A stretch of 64,000 nucleotides of DNA, taken from contig QPMI01000186.1 in NCBI GenBank assembly GCA_004431415.1, positions 62,001 to 126,000 on the forward strand, read 5' to 3'. The position numbers were made by a program, and so were the translations under genes. The stretch is from Cyanophora paradoxa CCMP329. Its lineage: Eukaryota; Plantae; Glaucophyta. Below, in pieces: positions 35,200 through 48,289 of this stretch. Under the pieces are notes generated by a model. The model was given only the letters and a program-made list of their open reading frames with translations, was not told the DNA's origin and ran no database searches. Each line of letters starts with the position of its first letter. Within the stretch, counting starts at the first letter, position 1.

Positions 35200-37972
35200 T
35201 GTGCGGCCTGTTCGTCAGCGCCGCGGTGGCGTGCAGGCCACATGCAGCACCCTGCATCGCGCCGATCGTGGCTGGCGGGATCGCGCCCGCCGATGCGGTT
35301 CAAAGCCCGGCGAGGAGGAGGGAGAGGAGGGTCGGCGTGCCGGCCAAGTCCTTCTTTGGAGAGCCTTGCAGGCCAGCGCGGGAGTGCCAGTCTTGGTCTT
35401 TCAGCAGCGCGGCTGTTTGCGAGCCGGCCGGCGTTGTCGCGCTCTCGGGCAACAGTTTCTCATTGACAAGTGAGCCGATCCCAGTGACGCCGACCTTCCC
35501 GCCACATGCTCGCTCTCCTTTGCGCCAGTACAGCGCCACCGCGCCACCTCTCCGGACGCGGCCGGCGGCCATTAGCGCCTAGCGGCGTTCAACACGTTTA
35601 ATCCGAGCTTGCCATCCGACTCACTTCCCCCCGTTCGACGCCGTCCCGGCCTCTCCCGCTACCGCTTCCGCTTTCCGCCAGCCGCCTGCTGACGCGACTC
35701 CGCATCAGCAACCACGGAGGAGGATTGGAAGTACAAGCCGGTCATCACCCAAGTTCTCAGCGAGGAGGACCGGGCGAAGGGTGATCTTGTCCCCGATCCG
35801 GAGTTCTGGTCCATGCGGGCGAACTTTGACAAGCAGGGTTCGCCGGCTCATCAGCCTGGGTCTGCATGCGCATCTCTAATGGCCGCCGGCGCAGCCGACG
35901 ATTTCTTCATCCAAGCCCTCTCGAAAATCTACGAGAACTATTTAGTCAGCGGCATGCGCGTCTTCGACATGTGAGCCGGCGCCCGTCTCCGTCCCCGCGC
36001 CCCCGGCGGGGCCGACGGGCGAGCAGGATGTCCTCGGCGCACTCGTACCTGCCGGAGGGGGCGGCCTTCGAGTACGTGGAGGGGCTGGGCCTGGTGGAGG
36101 CCGAGCTCCGCGCCAACCCCCGCCTCAACTCCTACTCCGTCAAAGACCTCAACGCCCTCCCCGTCAAGGCCCGTCTCAACCCTGCTCCTCCTCCTGGCCG
36201 ACCCCCTTGCCGTCCTCCCTCCTGACTCGGCGGCGCAGCTCCCCGTGCCGGACCAGTACTTCGACGCCGTCCTCAACGTCTGCTCGGTCCAGTACCTCCA
36301 GTACCCCGAGCTCGCCCTCGCCGAGGTCTACCGCATCCTCAAGCCCGGCGGCATCGTCATCTTCTCCTTCTCCAACCGCATGTACTTCGACAAGGCGCGC
36401 CCCGCCTGTACCCCCGCTCCAACCCGCGCCCCCCACTTCGGCCCCTGACGCCCCGTGACCCTGCAGTCGATTGTCGCGTGGCAGAAGCGGTCGGAGTCGA
36501 GCCGCGTGGACTACGTTCGCTCCCTCTTCCGCTCGGTCCTGGTGCGGTACCCCTCCGTTTTCTTTTTTCGTTTTTCGCGCGTTTTTCCGTATTTTTTTCG
36601 CCCGTCGGTCACCCCGCGGCGGCTCGCCAGTCGGCCGCCCCGGGGATCTTTCTCTCCTCGAAAGAGGCGGGCAGAGGAATCGCGTGCCGTACTCAGGGGC
36701 CGACCCAGCGTGGGGCGCCCCCCCTTTTCTGGCCCGCACACTCTTTCCCACTTCGCATTCGTTCGCATAAGGTGTTCTCGCGCCCGTCGGTCACCCCGCG
36801 GCGGCTCGCCAGTCGGCCGCCCCGGGGATCTTTCTCTCCTCGAAAGAGGCGGGCAGAGGAATCGCGTGCCGTACTCAGGGGCCGACCCAGCGTGGGGCGG
36901 CCCCCCTTTTCTGGCCCGCACACTCTTTCCCACTTCGCATTCGTTCGCATAAGGTGTTCTCGCGCCCGTCGGTCACCCCGCGGCGACTCGCCAGTCGGCC
37001 GCCCCGGGGATCTTTCTCTCCTCGAAAGAGGCGGGCAGAGGAATCGCGTGCCGTACTCAGGGGCAGCCCCAGCGTGGGGCGGCCCCCCTTTTCTGGCCCG
37101 CACACTCCTACAGCCGCTACCCCCCCTTTCTCGTCCCTCCCCCGCCGCGTGGAATGCGAGCGGGCGGGGCGGGGTCGTGCGCAGGTGCGGGACCGGCCCG
37201 ACGAGCTCGCCGAGGCCGCCGAGGAGGCCTCCCCGCCCTCCCCATCCTCCTCCCGGGGCCCCCGGCCCCCCAGCCCCAGCCCCAAGTACACCCAGCAGGC
37301 CCGCCCCGCCCCTCCTTCCCGCGCCCCCGCCCCAGCCGGGGTCGAGCCCTTGCCGCGCAGATGCTGCTCCGCGACTGGGCGAAGCTGACGCGCTACAGCC
37401 ACCCCGAGTTCGACGGCGCCGACGCCGATGCGGTGCGCCCGCGCGCCCCGTGTCCCGTGACGCGCCGAGCTCGACGCTGGCCTGGGGCTAGGCGAGAGGC
37501 GACTAAGAAGGACCAGCGGGGGCGCCGAGAGCTGCGCCTGGCCCTCGGGGGCCCCGCTGACCGCGTCGGGGGGCAGGAGCGGGGGGAGCTGGTGCGGCGG
37601 CTGGTGGCGTCGCTGACGCCGCCGCCCTCGCCGGACATGCAGCGCGCCCGCGACTCCAAGGGCCTCCGCTACGGCTTTTTGGAGGCCCGCCCGCCCCGCC
37701 CTCCGCACCCCCGCCCCCCGCCCCTCTCACGGGCGCGCAGCTGGAGGTGGTCTCGCTGCCGGCGCCCACCTCGGGGGTCGTCATCCACAGGGAGATCGAG
37801 GTCCGCCCCGCCCCGCGCCCCCTCCCCGCGCCCCTCGCCAAGCGCCGACGCCCCGCGCAGCGCCTCCGGAAGCTCGGCCTCGTGCGGCCCCCACCTGCCT
37901 CTCATCTGATCTGATCTGACCGTCTCGCAGGACCACGACCCCCTCTACGCGGTCATCTGCCAGCGCATCTGA
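35200..37972 (+). CDS. SAM-dependent methyltransferase type 11 (cyanobacterial/plant plastid family), probably plastid-targeted
   Basis: MCGLFVSAA.. presequence; [15 protein letters not shown]; [15 protein letters not shown]; DLNA; [17 protein letters not shown]; [19 protein letters not shown]; terminal [11 protein letters not shown]. Confidence 0.85.
36599..37106. repeat. Intronic tandem repeat, 182-bp unit, ~2.8 near-identical copies
   Basis: CGCCCGTCGGTCACCCCGCGGCG.. begins at 36599, 36781 and 36963; only a few substitutions between copies. Confidence 0.95.
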
Positions 37973-38399
37973 GCGCGCCCGCTCCGAGCGCCTTCTGTAC
38001 AGCGTAGCACGTGTAAATCTCCTGTAACATAGGGCAGTGCTGAACAGTGTTCCTCTTGTGGCTATTCTAGATTCGCTTTGCTTTCCTAGTTCTCTATTCT
38101 TTGGCCGTTTAGTGCAGAAACTTGCAGTCTGGGATCTGGCGAGCTGCAGTCCCTGCCCCGTCGACGTCGACGTCGGTGTGCCCGAGGTGCTCCCTGCTCC
38201 CTGTTTCATTTGATCGTGACACGTGATGTTCGCTAGCTGTTGACTAGCAGCACATATGTCATCTGTTGTATCTCTTTCTGTTGTATCAACAGTTGTACTC
38301 GTGCCCGAGGGCCACATGTTGCAGGGGGAGGTCAGCCCTGCAGGCCAGGGGCGGGCACCTACTGACAGGCCTGACTGTCAGGCCCCTGAGGCAGGCTGA

Positions 38400-38785
38400 A
38401 CTCGCGATCGAGGGCCCGGCCCGCCGCCGCTCCGCTGCGGCCGCGGGCCCGCCGCCCGGCGGCCCCCCGCGGCGGCCGTTGGGCCACTGGGCCTCGAGGA
38501 AGGCGGCGGGGGGCGATGGGGACCACTGAGGCTGCAACTGCAGCTGCCAGGCTGGCAGACTCTGAGAATCATCGAGCCTCGGAGGGTGAGCTCGCGATCG
38601 AGGGCCCGGCCGGGCCCGCCGCCGCTCCGCTGCGGCGCCGCGCCCGCCGCGGGCCCGCCTCCGCGGGGCCCGGGGGGCCGTCGGACCACTGGGCCTCGAG
38701 GAAGGCGGCGGGGGGCGATATCGATGGGGACCACTGATCATGAGGCTGCAGATGCAGCTGGCAGAATGAGACTGAGCCTCGGAGA
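38400..38785. repeat. Degenerate intergenic direct repeat, 2 copies of ~190 bp
   Basis: CTCGCGATCGAGGGCCCGGCC...CCACTGGGCCTCGAGGAAGGCGGCGGGGGGCGAT...GGGGACCACTGA...GAGCCTCGGAG at ~38401 and ~38591. Confidence 0.8.
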
Positions 38786-39133
38786 GCCATCAGATGATCG
38801 TGGCATGCCATGATGGGCAAACCTTGAAGGTTTTCAATTTGCAAATCTTGGACCGTGACTCGCAATTCAATGATTTGTTGTTGCAAGTTGATTGTTTGCA
38901 AATCATGCCATGATGAAGCCTTGAAGCCTCGGCTTCCCGAACTCGGAATTCAAGGCCGGGCCGCGGGTTTTCGAAGTTCAGGCTTCAAAAAATTCAGGCT
39001 TGCAAATTCTAACTTTCGCATGCACATGGCATTCAAAACCCTGGAACTTCGGAATGGCAGAAAACCGTCGGACACTGTTACTCGTGATCATGACAAGTTT
39101 GACAGCTCGAGGCGACGGGAAACTTGGAGCCCG

Positions 39134-41202
39134 CTAGTGCTCCTGCTTATACGTGTACACGACGAACTCGAAGCTTAGGGAGTGGGGAACGGAGGCGGCG
39201 GGGAGGACGGCGGCGAGGGCGCCCCGGACGCGGGCGGCGAGGGCGCCGGCGCGCTGCGCGGCGCGCTGCGGCTCCGCGGCCGCCCGCTCCGCGAGGCGCA
39301 CGGCGAGCTCCAGGCGGAGGCTGGCGCCGCTGGGGCGGGGCGGGAGGGCCCGCAGCGGGGCCAGGCTGGCGGCGAGGCGGTCGAGGCCGGCGCCGCCGGC
39401 CACGCACGCCTCGCTGACGCGGAGGACCAGCCGCTCGAGGCGCTGGCAGGCGGCGAGGGCCGCGGCGAGGGCGGGCGAGAGCGCCGTCACTTCGGAGCAC
39501 GGGGGGAAGTCGAGCTCGAGGCGGCGGAGGAGGGGCCCCGCCGCGGAGGCGAGCGCCGGCAGCAACGACTCGAAGTGGACGGCGACGCGGAGGTCGAGGG
39601 CGCGGAGGGAGGGCGGCGGCGGGGCGGCCTCGAGGGAGCAGGCGAGGGCCACGAGGTCGTTGGGGGCGCGCAGGGCCAGCTGCAGGGCGGCGAGGCGCGG
39701 CGCCCGCAGCAGGCGCGAGAGCGGGGGCCACGGTGCATGAGGGATGGCAACCTGCACGCGCACGGCCGCGGGGGAGGCGGGGGCTCTGAGAGGCCGCGGA
39801 CACGACGGGAGGGGGCCGCCAGAAGGCGCACGGCGGGGTAGCCCGTGAGGCGCTCCAGCCGCGGCATGCGCGCCAGGGCGGCGACGTCGCTCGAGTCGAG
39901 CCACGATGGCGAGCCCGGGGGGCGGCCGTGCACCGGTGCCCTGTGCGAGCCGTTGCCGCAAGCACCGGCCCGAGTAAGGAAGGAGGGAGGAGGCGGGGGG
40001 AGGAGGAAGGGGGCGGAAGAGGGGGGGGGGGGGGGGGGGGGGGGCAGGGGAGGGGTGCAATGGAAGGGGTGCAGGGGAAGGGGGCGAATGAAGGAAGGAG
40101 ATGATCATGAGGGGGCGGGTACGGCTGCCCACGCACTCGAGGTGGAGCTCGCGAAGGGAATCTCCCAAGGGGGTCCCGGGGAGCGCGGCGAGGCCCACGG
40201 AGGAGCTGCGAGACTGCAAGCCGTCAAGCTGGGAAATCAAAGGGCAAGCTCCATGCGATGATCTATCGCGGACGAGAGTGCCCCATACCCCGTAGAGGAC
40301 GAGCCGTTGCAGGCGAAGAGGGCCGAGACGGCTGATAGTGTTCAAGGCCGACGCGCTCGGCAGGCCCGTGTCACAGAGGAGCTGCAGGCAGCGCAGCGCG
40401 GGGAGGCGGGCCGCGATGGCTGCCGCCGCGCCGACGCTCGGGCACGCGGCGCGCGGAAGGCGGAGTTCCTGCAGCCCCGAGAACGGCGCGAGGCGTTCTT
40501 CCGGTATGTCGAAAAGAGGAGGGCGATAGAAAAGGTCCGCCCGACTAGGATTCGGGCCGCTGAGCAGCTCGAGCTCCTGCAGCGGCCCGGCCGCCCCGCC
40601 CGGCGCCAGCGCGTCGAGCACCTCGACGACATGCTGCCGGAATACGGTCTCCGCCGACTTCGAAAATTCGATTTCGACGCGCACGCTCCTGCAGCGCCCC
40701 GCCAGAGCCGCGAGAAGGCGGACCGGCTGCGCGCCACTGCTGGAGAGCGGCCCCTCGCACTGGACGCGGACGTCGAGCTCGCTGCCCTTGAGACGGCCGT
40801 CGCGCACCAGCCGCTCCAGGCTGTCGAGCGGCACGCACCACTGCTCCCCCGCCCGACACAGCACCTCGAGCTTCCCGCCATCGAAGGTCGCTCCCTCCAC
40901 GGCGTCGCGGAGCGCGCGGCTCACGCGCCGAGCGCGGAACGCGTCCCGCAACGGCAAGAGCTGCAGGATCCTGCGAGGAGCGTGAGCGCGAGCGCGTGCG
41001 CGGATCCGCGCCGGCGCCCGCACCTTGACAGGAGGTCACCGGGAAGCCCCTCGAGGAATGGAGCGCGCGGTGCACGCTTGCGATGAGCCTGCGGAGCTGC
41101 GGGGGACGCGTACGGCGAGCCTGCGGTGCGATCAGAACACACGGGCGCAGCGAGCTACGCGTGCGCTTGCGCCGCACCAGGGGGTTGTGAGCTCACATCC
41201 AT
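39134..41202 (-). CDS. F-box / leucine-rich-repeat protein
   Basis: MDVSSQPPG|SPY..FLEGLPGDLLSR|ILQLLPLRDAFRARRVSRALRDAV (F-box), then LxxLxL repeats (LQELEL, LQELRL, LRCLQL, LRELHL, LRALDL, LRRLEL). Confidence 0.8.
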
Positions 41203-41345
41203 TCCGCCGCGAGTCGCTGATCGAGCTTGCAGCGCTCCAGCTCCGCTGCGCTCCGAAGCGCAGCAGTTCAAGCACCCTCTGGACGGGTACCGATACCGAG
41301 ACGAGAGCGAACGATTGTGCGCCTCTTGCACATTCGCGGAGGAGG

Positions 41346-43347
41346 ATGGACGCCGCGCGCGTGTTGGCGATGGCGACGAGTTCGCTCCGCTCGTGGCTCC
41401 TTCCGTCGGGCGCCGCGCTCGAGGCCTCTGGCGCAGAACTCGACGAGGTGCCGGGTCTGAATCAGGAGCGCGTACTCCAAGTCGCTCGCGAGGCGGCGGC
41501 CGAGCTCCAGAAGCTGCTCGAGGCAGCGCGAGCGGCCTGCCGAGAGCCCGACGGGGCCGTCCTACTCGTAGCGTGCGTGCGGACTCACGGTGTACCGTGT
41601 ATACGTACGTGCTCGCCTCGACTGAGCGGCGCGGGCAGGGGCCTCCGGGAAGTTGCCGAGCACGAGGCGGCCAAGTCCCCGTCCCTCCGAACGCTCGCGC
41701 ACCTCGTCGGCGCGCTCGAGCGGCTCGTTTCGCTCGCGTCGCCGCCGCGCGCCGGCGCCGCCGCGCCGGCCCTCCTCGAGACGATCGCGTTCTACCTCCT
41801 GACGGGCGCGCTCCCGCCGCTGGAGCGGGGCGAGGCGGCGGCGGCGGCCTCGCGCGGGGCCGCGGAGCTGTGCGAGGAGGCGGCGCAGCGGTTCAAGCGC
41901 CTCCTCCTCTCCTGCCGCCTCGCGGCGCTCGCGCCTGGGGGCCCCGAGCTCCTCGCCGACGGCCTCGGGGAGGCGCTGCGCGGGGCGATGCCGCCGGCCC
42001 CGGAGCTCGGCGCCCGCATCGACGCCGCCCTCCGCGAGATCGCCCGCCACCGCACGCCCCCTTCTCTGCCCCCTCCACACGAAGCGGGAGCCGACTCATT
42101 GAATGAACCCTCGGGCCGCGGGGCGCGCAGGGCGCTCCCTCGGGGACGAGGCGGCCCTCGCGGGGGCCCTCGAGGCCGTCTGCCACGCCGAGGCGCCCCC
42201 GCACCGAACTCGCACCCGGGGCGCCCCTGCGTCTTCGCTGAGAGCCGCGCAGGGGTACGAGGAGCGCCGCTCCGCCCTCTCCACTGTGGTCGGGTTCCTC
42301 GCGAAGGGTGCGGCAACGCCCCCGCCCGGCCGTCCAGCCGCGCGGCGCGCGTTGAGCCCCGCGCAGGGCTGGACCCCGTCACCCTGCGCTCCTCCCCCCT
42401 TGGAGATGGGTACTCCAAAGCCGTCCCTCGGCTCGCGCGACGCGCCCGAGTGATCCCCTGATCGCAGCCTCGCAAAACTGCTCTCGATACTCATGGTGCG
42501 CGCGCCGTACCCCCCGCGCTGCCCTTGCTCGCGCGTGCCCCGCCCGCAGGTCTCGGACGACCCCTTCTTCGCTTCGCTCGCCGCCGAGTGCGCCGCCCGC
42601 CTTGCCGAGAACGGTGCGCGTACCCCCTCCCGCTTCCCCCCCGCCCCACCCCAACGACCGGGGAGGGGGGTACGCGTGTCTCAGAGACGCTGGGGGACCT
42701 GCTGGCGGAGGGCGGCGTGGCGGGGCCCCTCCTCGCCCTCCTCGGGCACCCCGTCCCCGAGGCCCCCGCCCCGCCCCCCGTTCCCCGTACCCCGCCCCCC
42801 GCCCGGGCGCCGACGGAGCCGCAGGTCCGCGACGCGGCGGCCGGGGGGGTACGGGTTCTCGCCCTCGGCAGCGGTGCGCGCGCCGGCGGCTCCTGCCCGC
42901 GCGGCGGTCTCTGAGCCCGGGCGCCGCAGAGCGCTTCGAGGCGGAGCTGCGGGGCCGGTGCGCGTGGCGCCCCCTCGTGCACGCCGCCGAGGGCCGCTGG
43001 CACGCCCCGCCTGCGTCGTCCCGCCCTGCGCCGCCGGGGCCGAGGCCGGCGGGGCCCGGGCCCTCGAGGCCTTCGCAGGCGCCTGCCGCGAGGCCGCCGA
43101 CGCCCTCGCCAGCCGCCGTTCGCCCGCCCCCGCCCCGCTCCCCGCATCACGGCGTGGCCGCCTGCTGAGCTCCCACGGCAGCGCTGGCGGGGCCGATCCT
43201 TCGGGCCGCCATGGGCGCGGGGTCGGGCGCGTCTCGCCGGCCTCCGGCGGCGGCGAGGGGCCCAGCGGCAGCGGCAGCGGCGCGCAGCCGGCAGCAGTCG
43301 CGAAGCAACGCCCGCTCGGCGAGGCAGGGGGCGCTGGCGAGGAATAG
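41346..43347 (+). CDS. Hypothetical alpha-helical protein
   Basis: MDAARVLAMATSSLRSWLL..; Ala/Leu-rich helical exons with canonical introns. No family recognised; 3' end uncertain. Confidence 0.5.
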
Positions 43348-43400
43348 CTCTAGCTCTGTCGATGTCCTGTATATAAAACACTGTCACTTGCAACGCCAGT

Positions 43401-44178
43401 TCAGGCGGTGGACTGGGGGCGGGCGGCGGCGTTGAGGGCGGAGGCGCGCGCGTCGGGCTCGATGCCGGGGGCGGCGGTGGCGGCGCGGGGGCCGGGGCGG
43501 TAGAGGTGGCTCCCCCGCCGCGCCCCCGACCCCGGCGCCACGATCCGCTTGACCGACTTGACGAGGGGGCCCGAGGGCGTCCGCACCGGCCGCCCCTCGT
43601 ACCCGGGCCGGTCCTCCTCCCGCAGCACGACGTACCCGCCGGGCCCGGACCCGGGCCCGGGCCCTTGCGAGGGGGACGGGGAGCGGGGCGGGGACTGGGG
43701 CGGGGAGGGGGCGGAGGGGAGGAAGCTGAGGGTGGTGGTCTCGAGGAGGGCGGGCGAGGCGGACTCGAGGAGGCGGCGGGCCCCCGCGGGGGCCGAGGCC
43801 GCCTCGCGCCCCGCGCCGGGCCCGGCGAGGCCGGCGAGGGGCCCCAGAGGCCGGCGAAGCCGAGGGGCGGGGCGGCGCCGAGGCTCGTCCAGGGGCGCCG
43901 CTCGGGGCCGTCCTCGGCGACGGAGCCGAGGGCCGTGTAGGGCCGCTCCCAGTTGTTGAAGCAGAAGGCCTCCACGGAGGCCGCCGAGGCCAGCGCCCGC
44001 GCCTCCAGCCGCGTCAGCGGCCGCCCGTCCGCGCCCCGCTGCGGCAGGCCCCCGCCGCTCCTCGACGGCCGCCGCGGGGCGCCGGCGGCGGGGTCGCCGG
44101 GGGCAGGCGCGGCGGCCACTCGCCCGAGGCGGAGAGGAGGACGCCGGAGTCGGTCAGCGCGAAGGGCGACGCGGCGCG

Positions 44179-44210
<32 letters not shown>

Positions 44211-47200
44211 ACGCCGCCTGCGGCGAATGCGGGAGCCCCGCCAGCTGCCCCTGCCCCGCCCCGAACGAGGAGGCGAGGCGGCTGCGAGGCGGGCGGCGTC
44301 AGCGGCGCCGCAACCCGAGGCGGGGCGGGGCGGGGGAGGGGCAGGCCTGGAGCCGCGGCTGTTGAGGCTGGAGCGGTGCGAGGGGGCGAACGAGGACGAC
44401 GTCCGCGGCCTGTCCCGCCGGGCGTGAGGGGAGGCGGGGCACGGAGGGCGCGCGGGGGGTACCGGTCGAGGCCGGACTTGAGGCGGAACTCGAGGAAGAC
44501 GTCCGCCGCCACCCGCTGCGCCCTGCAGCCCCGCCGGGCTCGCGAAGGAGGGGGAAGAAGGGGACAAGGGGATAGGCGCACCGCTTCTCGGCCTCGGCGG
44601 GGGAGCTGCCCAGGAGGGACGGCTCCCCGCTGTACCCCTCCAGCCTCTCCCGCACGAGCTGCGGGCGAGGGCGCACGGGTGAGACGCAGCGGGGCGCGCC
44701 GAGGTGGGAGGGGCACCGCGAGGTCCGTCTTCTGGCGGGAGCGGCGCTGCTCGCGGACCTCGCGGCGCATCTCCTCGAGCTTCTTGGCGGCAAGCTTGCT
44801 GAGGCCCGTGGGCTTGCTGGGGCGCATGTAGTGGGGCAGCTTCCCCCGCTGGCCCCCCTCGCTGCCGCTGCTGCTCGAGCTCCCGTCGCTCTCCGGCCCG
44901 CCCCGCGGCGCCGGCGAGGCGGCGCCCCGTCGGGCGGCGGCGGCGGCGGCGCCGAAGGAGGAGAGGTTGCGGTTGGCGATGGAGGAGGAGAGCGTCGTCG
45001 GCTTCCTCCCCTCCGGGTCGCTCGGGTCGTACCCCTCGATCTGCCCGACCCCCACCGCCGTCGGCCCCGCGCGGGCGGGGCGGGGCGGGCGGGCGGGCAG
45101 GGCGCACCCCGTAGATGTTGCAGGGGAGGGTGGCAGAGCGGCGGAGGCCGGGCGGGGGCGGCTCCGGGGGCGGGAGGCGGGACTTGTGGGAGGTGAGGAA
45201 TGGGGGCGGGGCCTTGCGGGACTTGTGCGTGGGGAGGCCGAGGGCGGCGGGGCGGCCGCCCCCCGGGGCCCGAGGGCCGGGGCGCCCGGGGCGGGGGAGG
45301 CGGCGCGGGTGGCGGGGAGGGAGGAGGCGGGGCCGGGGCGGAGGGCGGGGCCGGGGCGGCGTCGGAGGGGAGGAGGCCCGGGCGGTGGGGTTCCGGAAGA
45401 GCGAGCCGGCGACTGCGCGGGGTCGGCCGGGAACGAGCGGGAAGGGCGGGCGCGGGGAGGAGGGGCGGGGGGCGCACCGCGGGAGACGACGGCGAGGGTG
45501 AAGGAGGCCTCCGCCCAGCGCGCCGGCGGGCCCGCCGCCCCCGCCCCGCCCCGCCCACGCCGCCTCGGGCCCCCGCAGCGCGATCCCCTCCTCCGCGAAG
45601 CGCAGCCCGTCCCGCTCCCCCGCCTGCTTTTGCTGCGCACGCCCCCCCGGGGGCCTCAGGCGGGGCCCCGAGGGCCCCCAGGGGGAGGGAGGGGGACCAT
45701 GGCGCGGAGGCGGTCGAGGATGGCGAGGCTGCGGCGGTAGCTCGCGGAGCCGAGCGCCTCCCGCGCCCGTTCGTCCATCACTGCCCCGCCATGCCCGTCG
45801 GCTCGCAGCGCGGGCGGTGGCGGCGCGCGGGGGCGGACGCTTGGCGGCGTTGCGGGCGGTGAGCTCGAGGAGCTTCGTCCCGTGGCTCGCGGCGACGACA
45901 CTGCAGGCGCGGCGGCCCCCGGCGCCCCCGCCGGCGGCGCGGTCGTCGCAGAGGAAGGCGGGGTCGCCGAAGAGCTCGGCGGGCCCCAGGAGCGCCACCT
46001 CGAAGACCCGCCGCTGCGTCACCTGCGCGCCGCGCGGGGGCCGGCGCGTGAGCCCCGCGTGCCGCCCCCCTCGCTCGGCTCGGCTCAGCTCGCGCGCCTC
46101 GAGGGCGGGGGCGGTCGGCTTGGCGTCGGCGGGGCGGGGCCGCGGGCGGGAGCCGAGGGAGGCGCGCTGCACGGAGCAGGCGCCCTCGAGCACGATGAAG
46201 AGGCTCGCGTCCGTCACGGGGTCCCCCTGCCGGATAACCACTGCCGCGGCCTCAGCGCGCCGGCCCTCGAGGCGCCGCCGGGGCGGCCGCGGCGCTCACC
46301 GTCGCCGCGCTCGAAGGTGCGGGGGCGGAGGACACGGGCGAGCTTGACGAGGCGGGAGCGGGGCCAGGTTCGCAGCGGCGCCAGCGCGCTCAGGAAGGCC
46401 ATGTCGTCCCGCGCCTTCCGCTCCACCTCCGCCTGCGCCGCCCCGCCCGGCCTCGGCGCCCCCCTCCCCGGGGCGGGAGGGCGGGGCGCACGAGGGAGCG
46501 GCGCTGGAACTCGTCGCGCTCGACGCGGATGACCTCCACGGGCCCCACGCACCGCGCGCTCGTCAGCCTGCGCCCGCCCCCTCAGCCCCCCGCCCCCACC
46601 GGGCGGCGCGGGGCCCGCCTGGGGAAAGAGCGGGCGACGGCGACGAGGCCGAAGGCGCCGCCCGGGGCCAGCTGCGCGCCCGGCGCCCCGCTGGCCACCT
46701 GCCGCCGGCGTCAGGGCGGGAGGGGAGGGGCGGGGCGAGGGGCGCGGGCGCGCCATCTCGACGCGGCCGGAGAGGACGACGAAGGCGCACTCCGCGCTGT
46801 CCCCCGCCCGGTACACTGCCACCGGGTCAGAGCAGGCCGGACCGGATCGCATCCAGAGCGCGATCCGAGTCCAGCGCGCACCGAACTCGCCGTCGCCGTG
46901 CGCCTCGTGCGTCGCGGTCTTGCTCAGGTCCACCACCACCTGGGGCCGCGCTCGACTCCGGCGAGAGCAGCTGCAGGCCCCGGGGGGCGCGCACGGCGGG
47001 GGGCAGCGTCGCGAAGACCGCGACGGGCTGCAGCCAGGACGCGACGAGCACGCCGTCCGAGTGCACCCGCTTCTCCAGCCTGCGCCGGCGCCTCGGCGGC
47101 GGCGGAACCCTCCGAAGGCGGAGGAACGGGGGTTCCGGCGCACGGCTTCCTGATGGAGTCGCGGCAGAGGTCGACGAGGGCGGCGCTGCGGGGAGCAAGG

Positions 47201-47900
47201 CACTCCTGCCAGTCTTTCGCGTGGCTGTGCCTCAGGAACCTGCGCGAGGGCTGTGTGGGGAGGGGCGACGCCCGGGGCGCGAAAACAGACGGAGTCTCCG
47301 CACTTCTCGCCGGACTGCCGCCGGATCTTGAACAAGAAGTAAGCTGCGATCAAAACGCCCCTCCAGCGGAGCCGCGGACTGCCGAAGCGTGTGGGCGCCG
47401 CGTGGGAGGCAGGGAGGGTGGTGGCGGAGGGCGCACTGCTTCCCCTTCCTGCGAGTCTTGCTCCGCGACGTCAGGGCGCCAGAGCGCGAGTTGCTGCGCG
47501 CGGTCGTCGCGCCGCGCTGTGTCGCGCCGCCGTTGCGCGACGTCTGCGAGCCCGAGCGCATGCGCGCCGTCCGGTTACCCGCCTCCGATCGGTGCGTCCC
47601 TATCGAGTCCCTCCGCGCGGATCTCAGCGACGACTCCTTCCCGTGTGATCGCATTGAGTTGCTGTTGCCGCTGTCTTCCTTGTGCTCCAGCTTGCCCATT
47701 TCGAGGCCGAGCATCCTAATCCTGCTCGGGCTGCGCTTCGTCGGGCTGGGGGGCGTCTCCGAAATCCCTATCGCTGCTAAGCCGGCGGTCGCCGGCCTCT
47801 CCTCGTGCGCTTCCTCGCTGGGCTCCGCAGGACCGCCGAACGCGACATGCGAGGCGTGCGAATTCCGTCGCATTGACTTGGACGCCAGCTTGAGGGACAT
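43401..47900 (-). CDS. Cyclic-nucleotide-binding domain protein (two cNMP domains, long low-complexity C-terminus)
   Basis: VYRAGDSAECAFVVLSGRVEM..QLAPGGAFG; FLSALAPLRTWPRSRLVKLARVLRPRTFERGD|VVIRQGDPVTDASLFIVLEGACSV; VALLGPAELFGD..RACSVVAAS..TKLLEL. Confidence 0.78.
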
Positions 47901-48289
47901 TGGCGCTGCTTATGCGGAGCGCCAGGAGCTGCTACCTGACAGCTACTCGGATGACAGCTTAAGCGGCATGTGCGCTAACTTGGCATGGCCAGCTGCGGCA
48001 CGCTCGCGCAAGCCTTGGGGGCGGTCGGCCCTGCGCGTATGCTTAGCTCTGGCGCTTTATCTGCGACGCTGCTCGCCCGCGCCGCTTACCTCGGCCGCCG
48101 TAGCTTTGCCGTCGAGAGGGCCACGCAGGCGTGCTGAATAGCGCACAAATGCTAGCTCGGACACAAAGACATCATTGCTCGCGGACACGGCCGCGAGGCT
48201 GCTTCGGCCGTTCTGGCTTCCCGCACCTCGTACCCCACACAGGTGTTTTTCAACTGGCATTAGCGAGCAACGACGCTGCAACGTCGCAG

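Noticed and set aside
36599-37106. CRISPR array or hammerhead ribozyme
   Set aside because: Units are contiguous and near-identical, with no unique spacers and no cas genes. The minus strand has CTGAGTA..GAAA, which does not match the CUGANGA hammerhead core.
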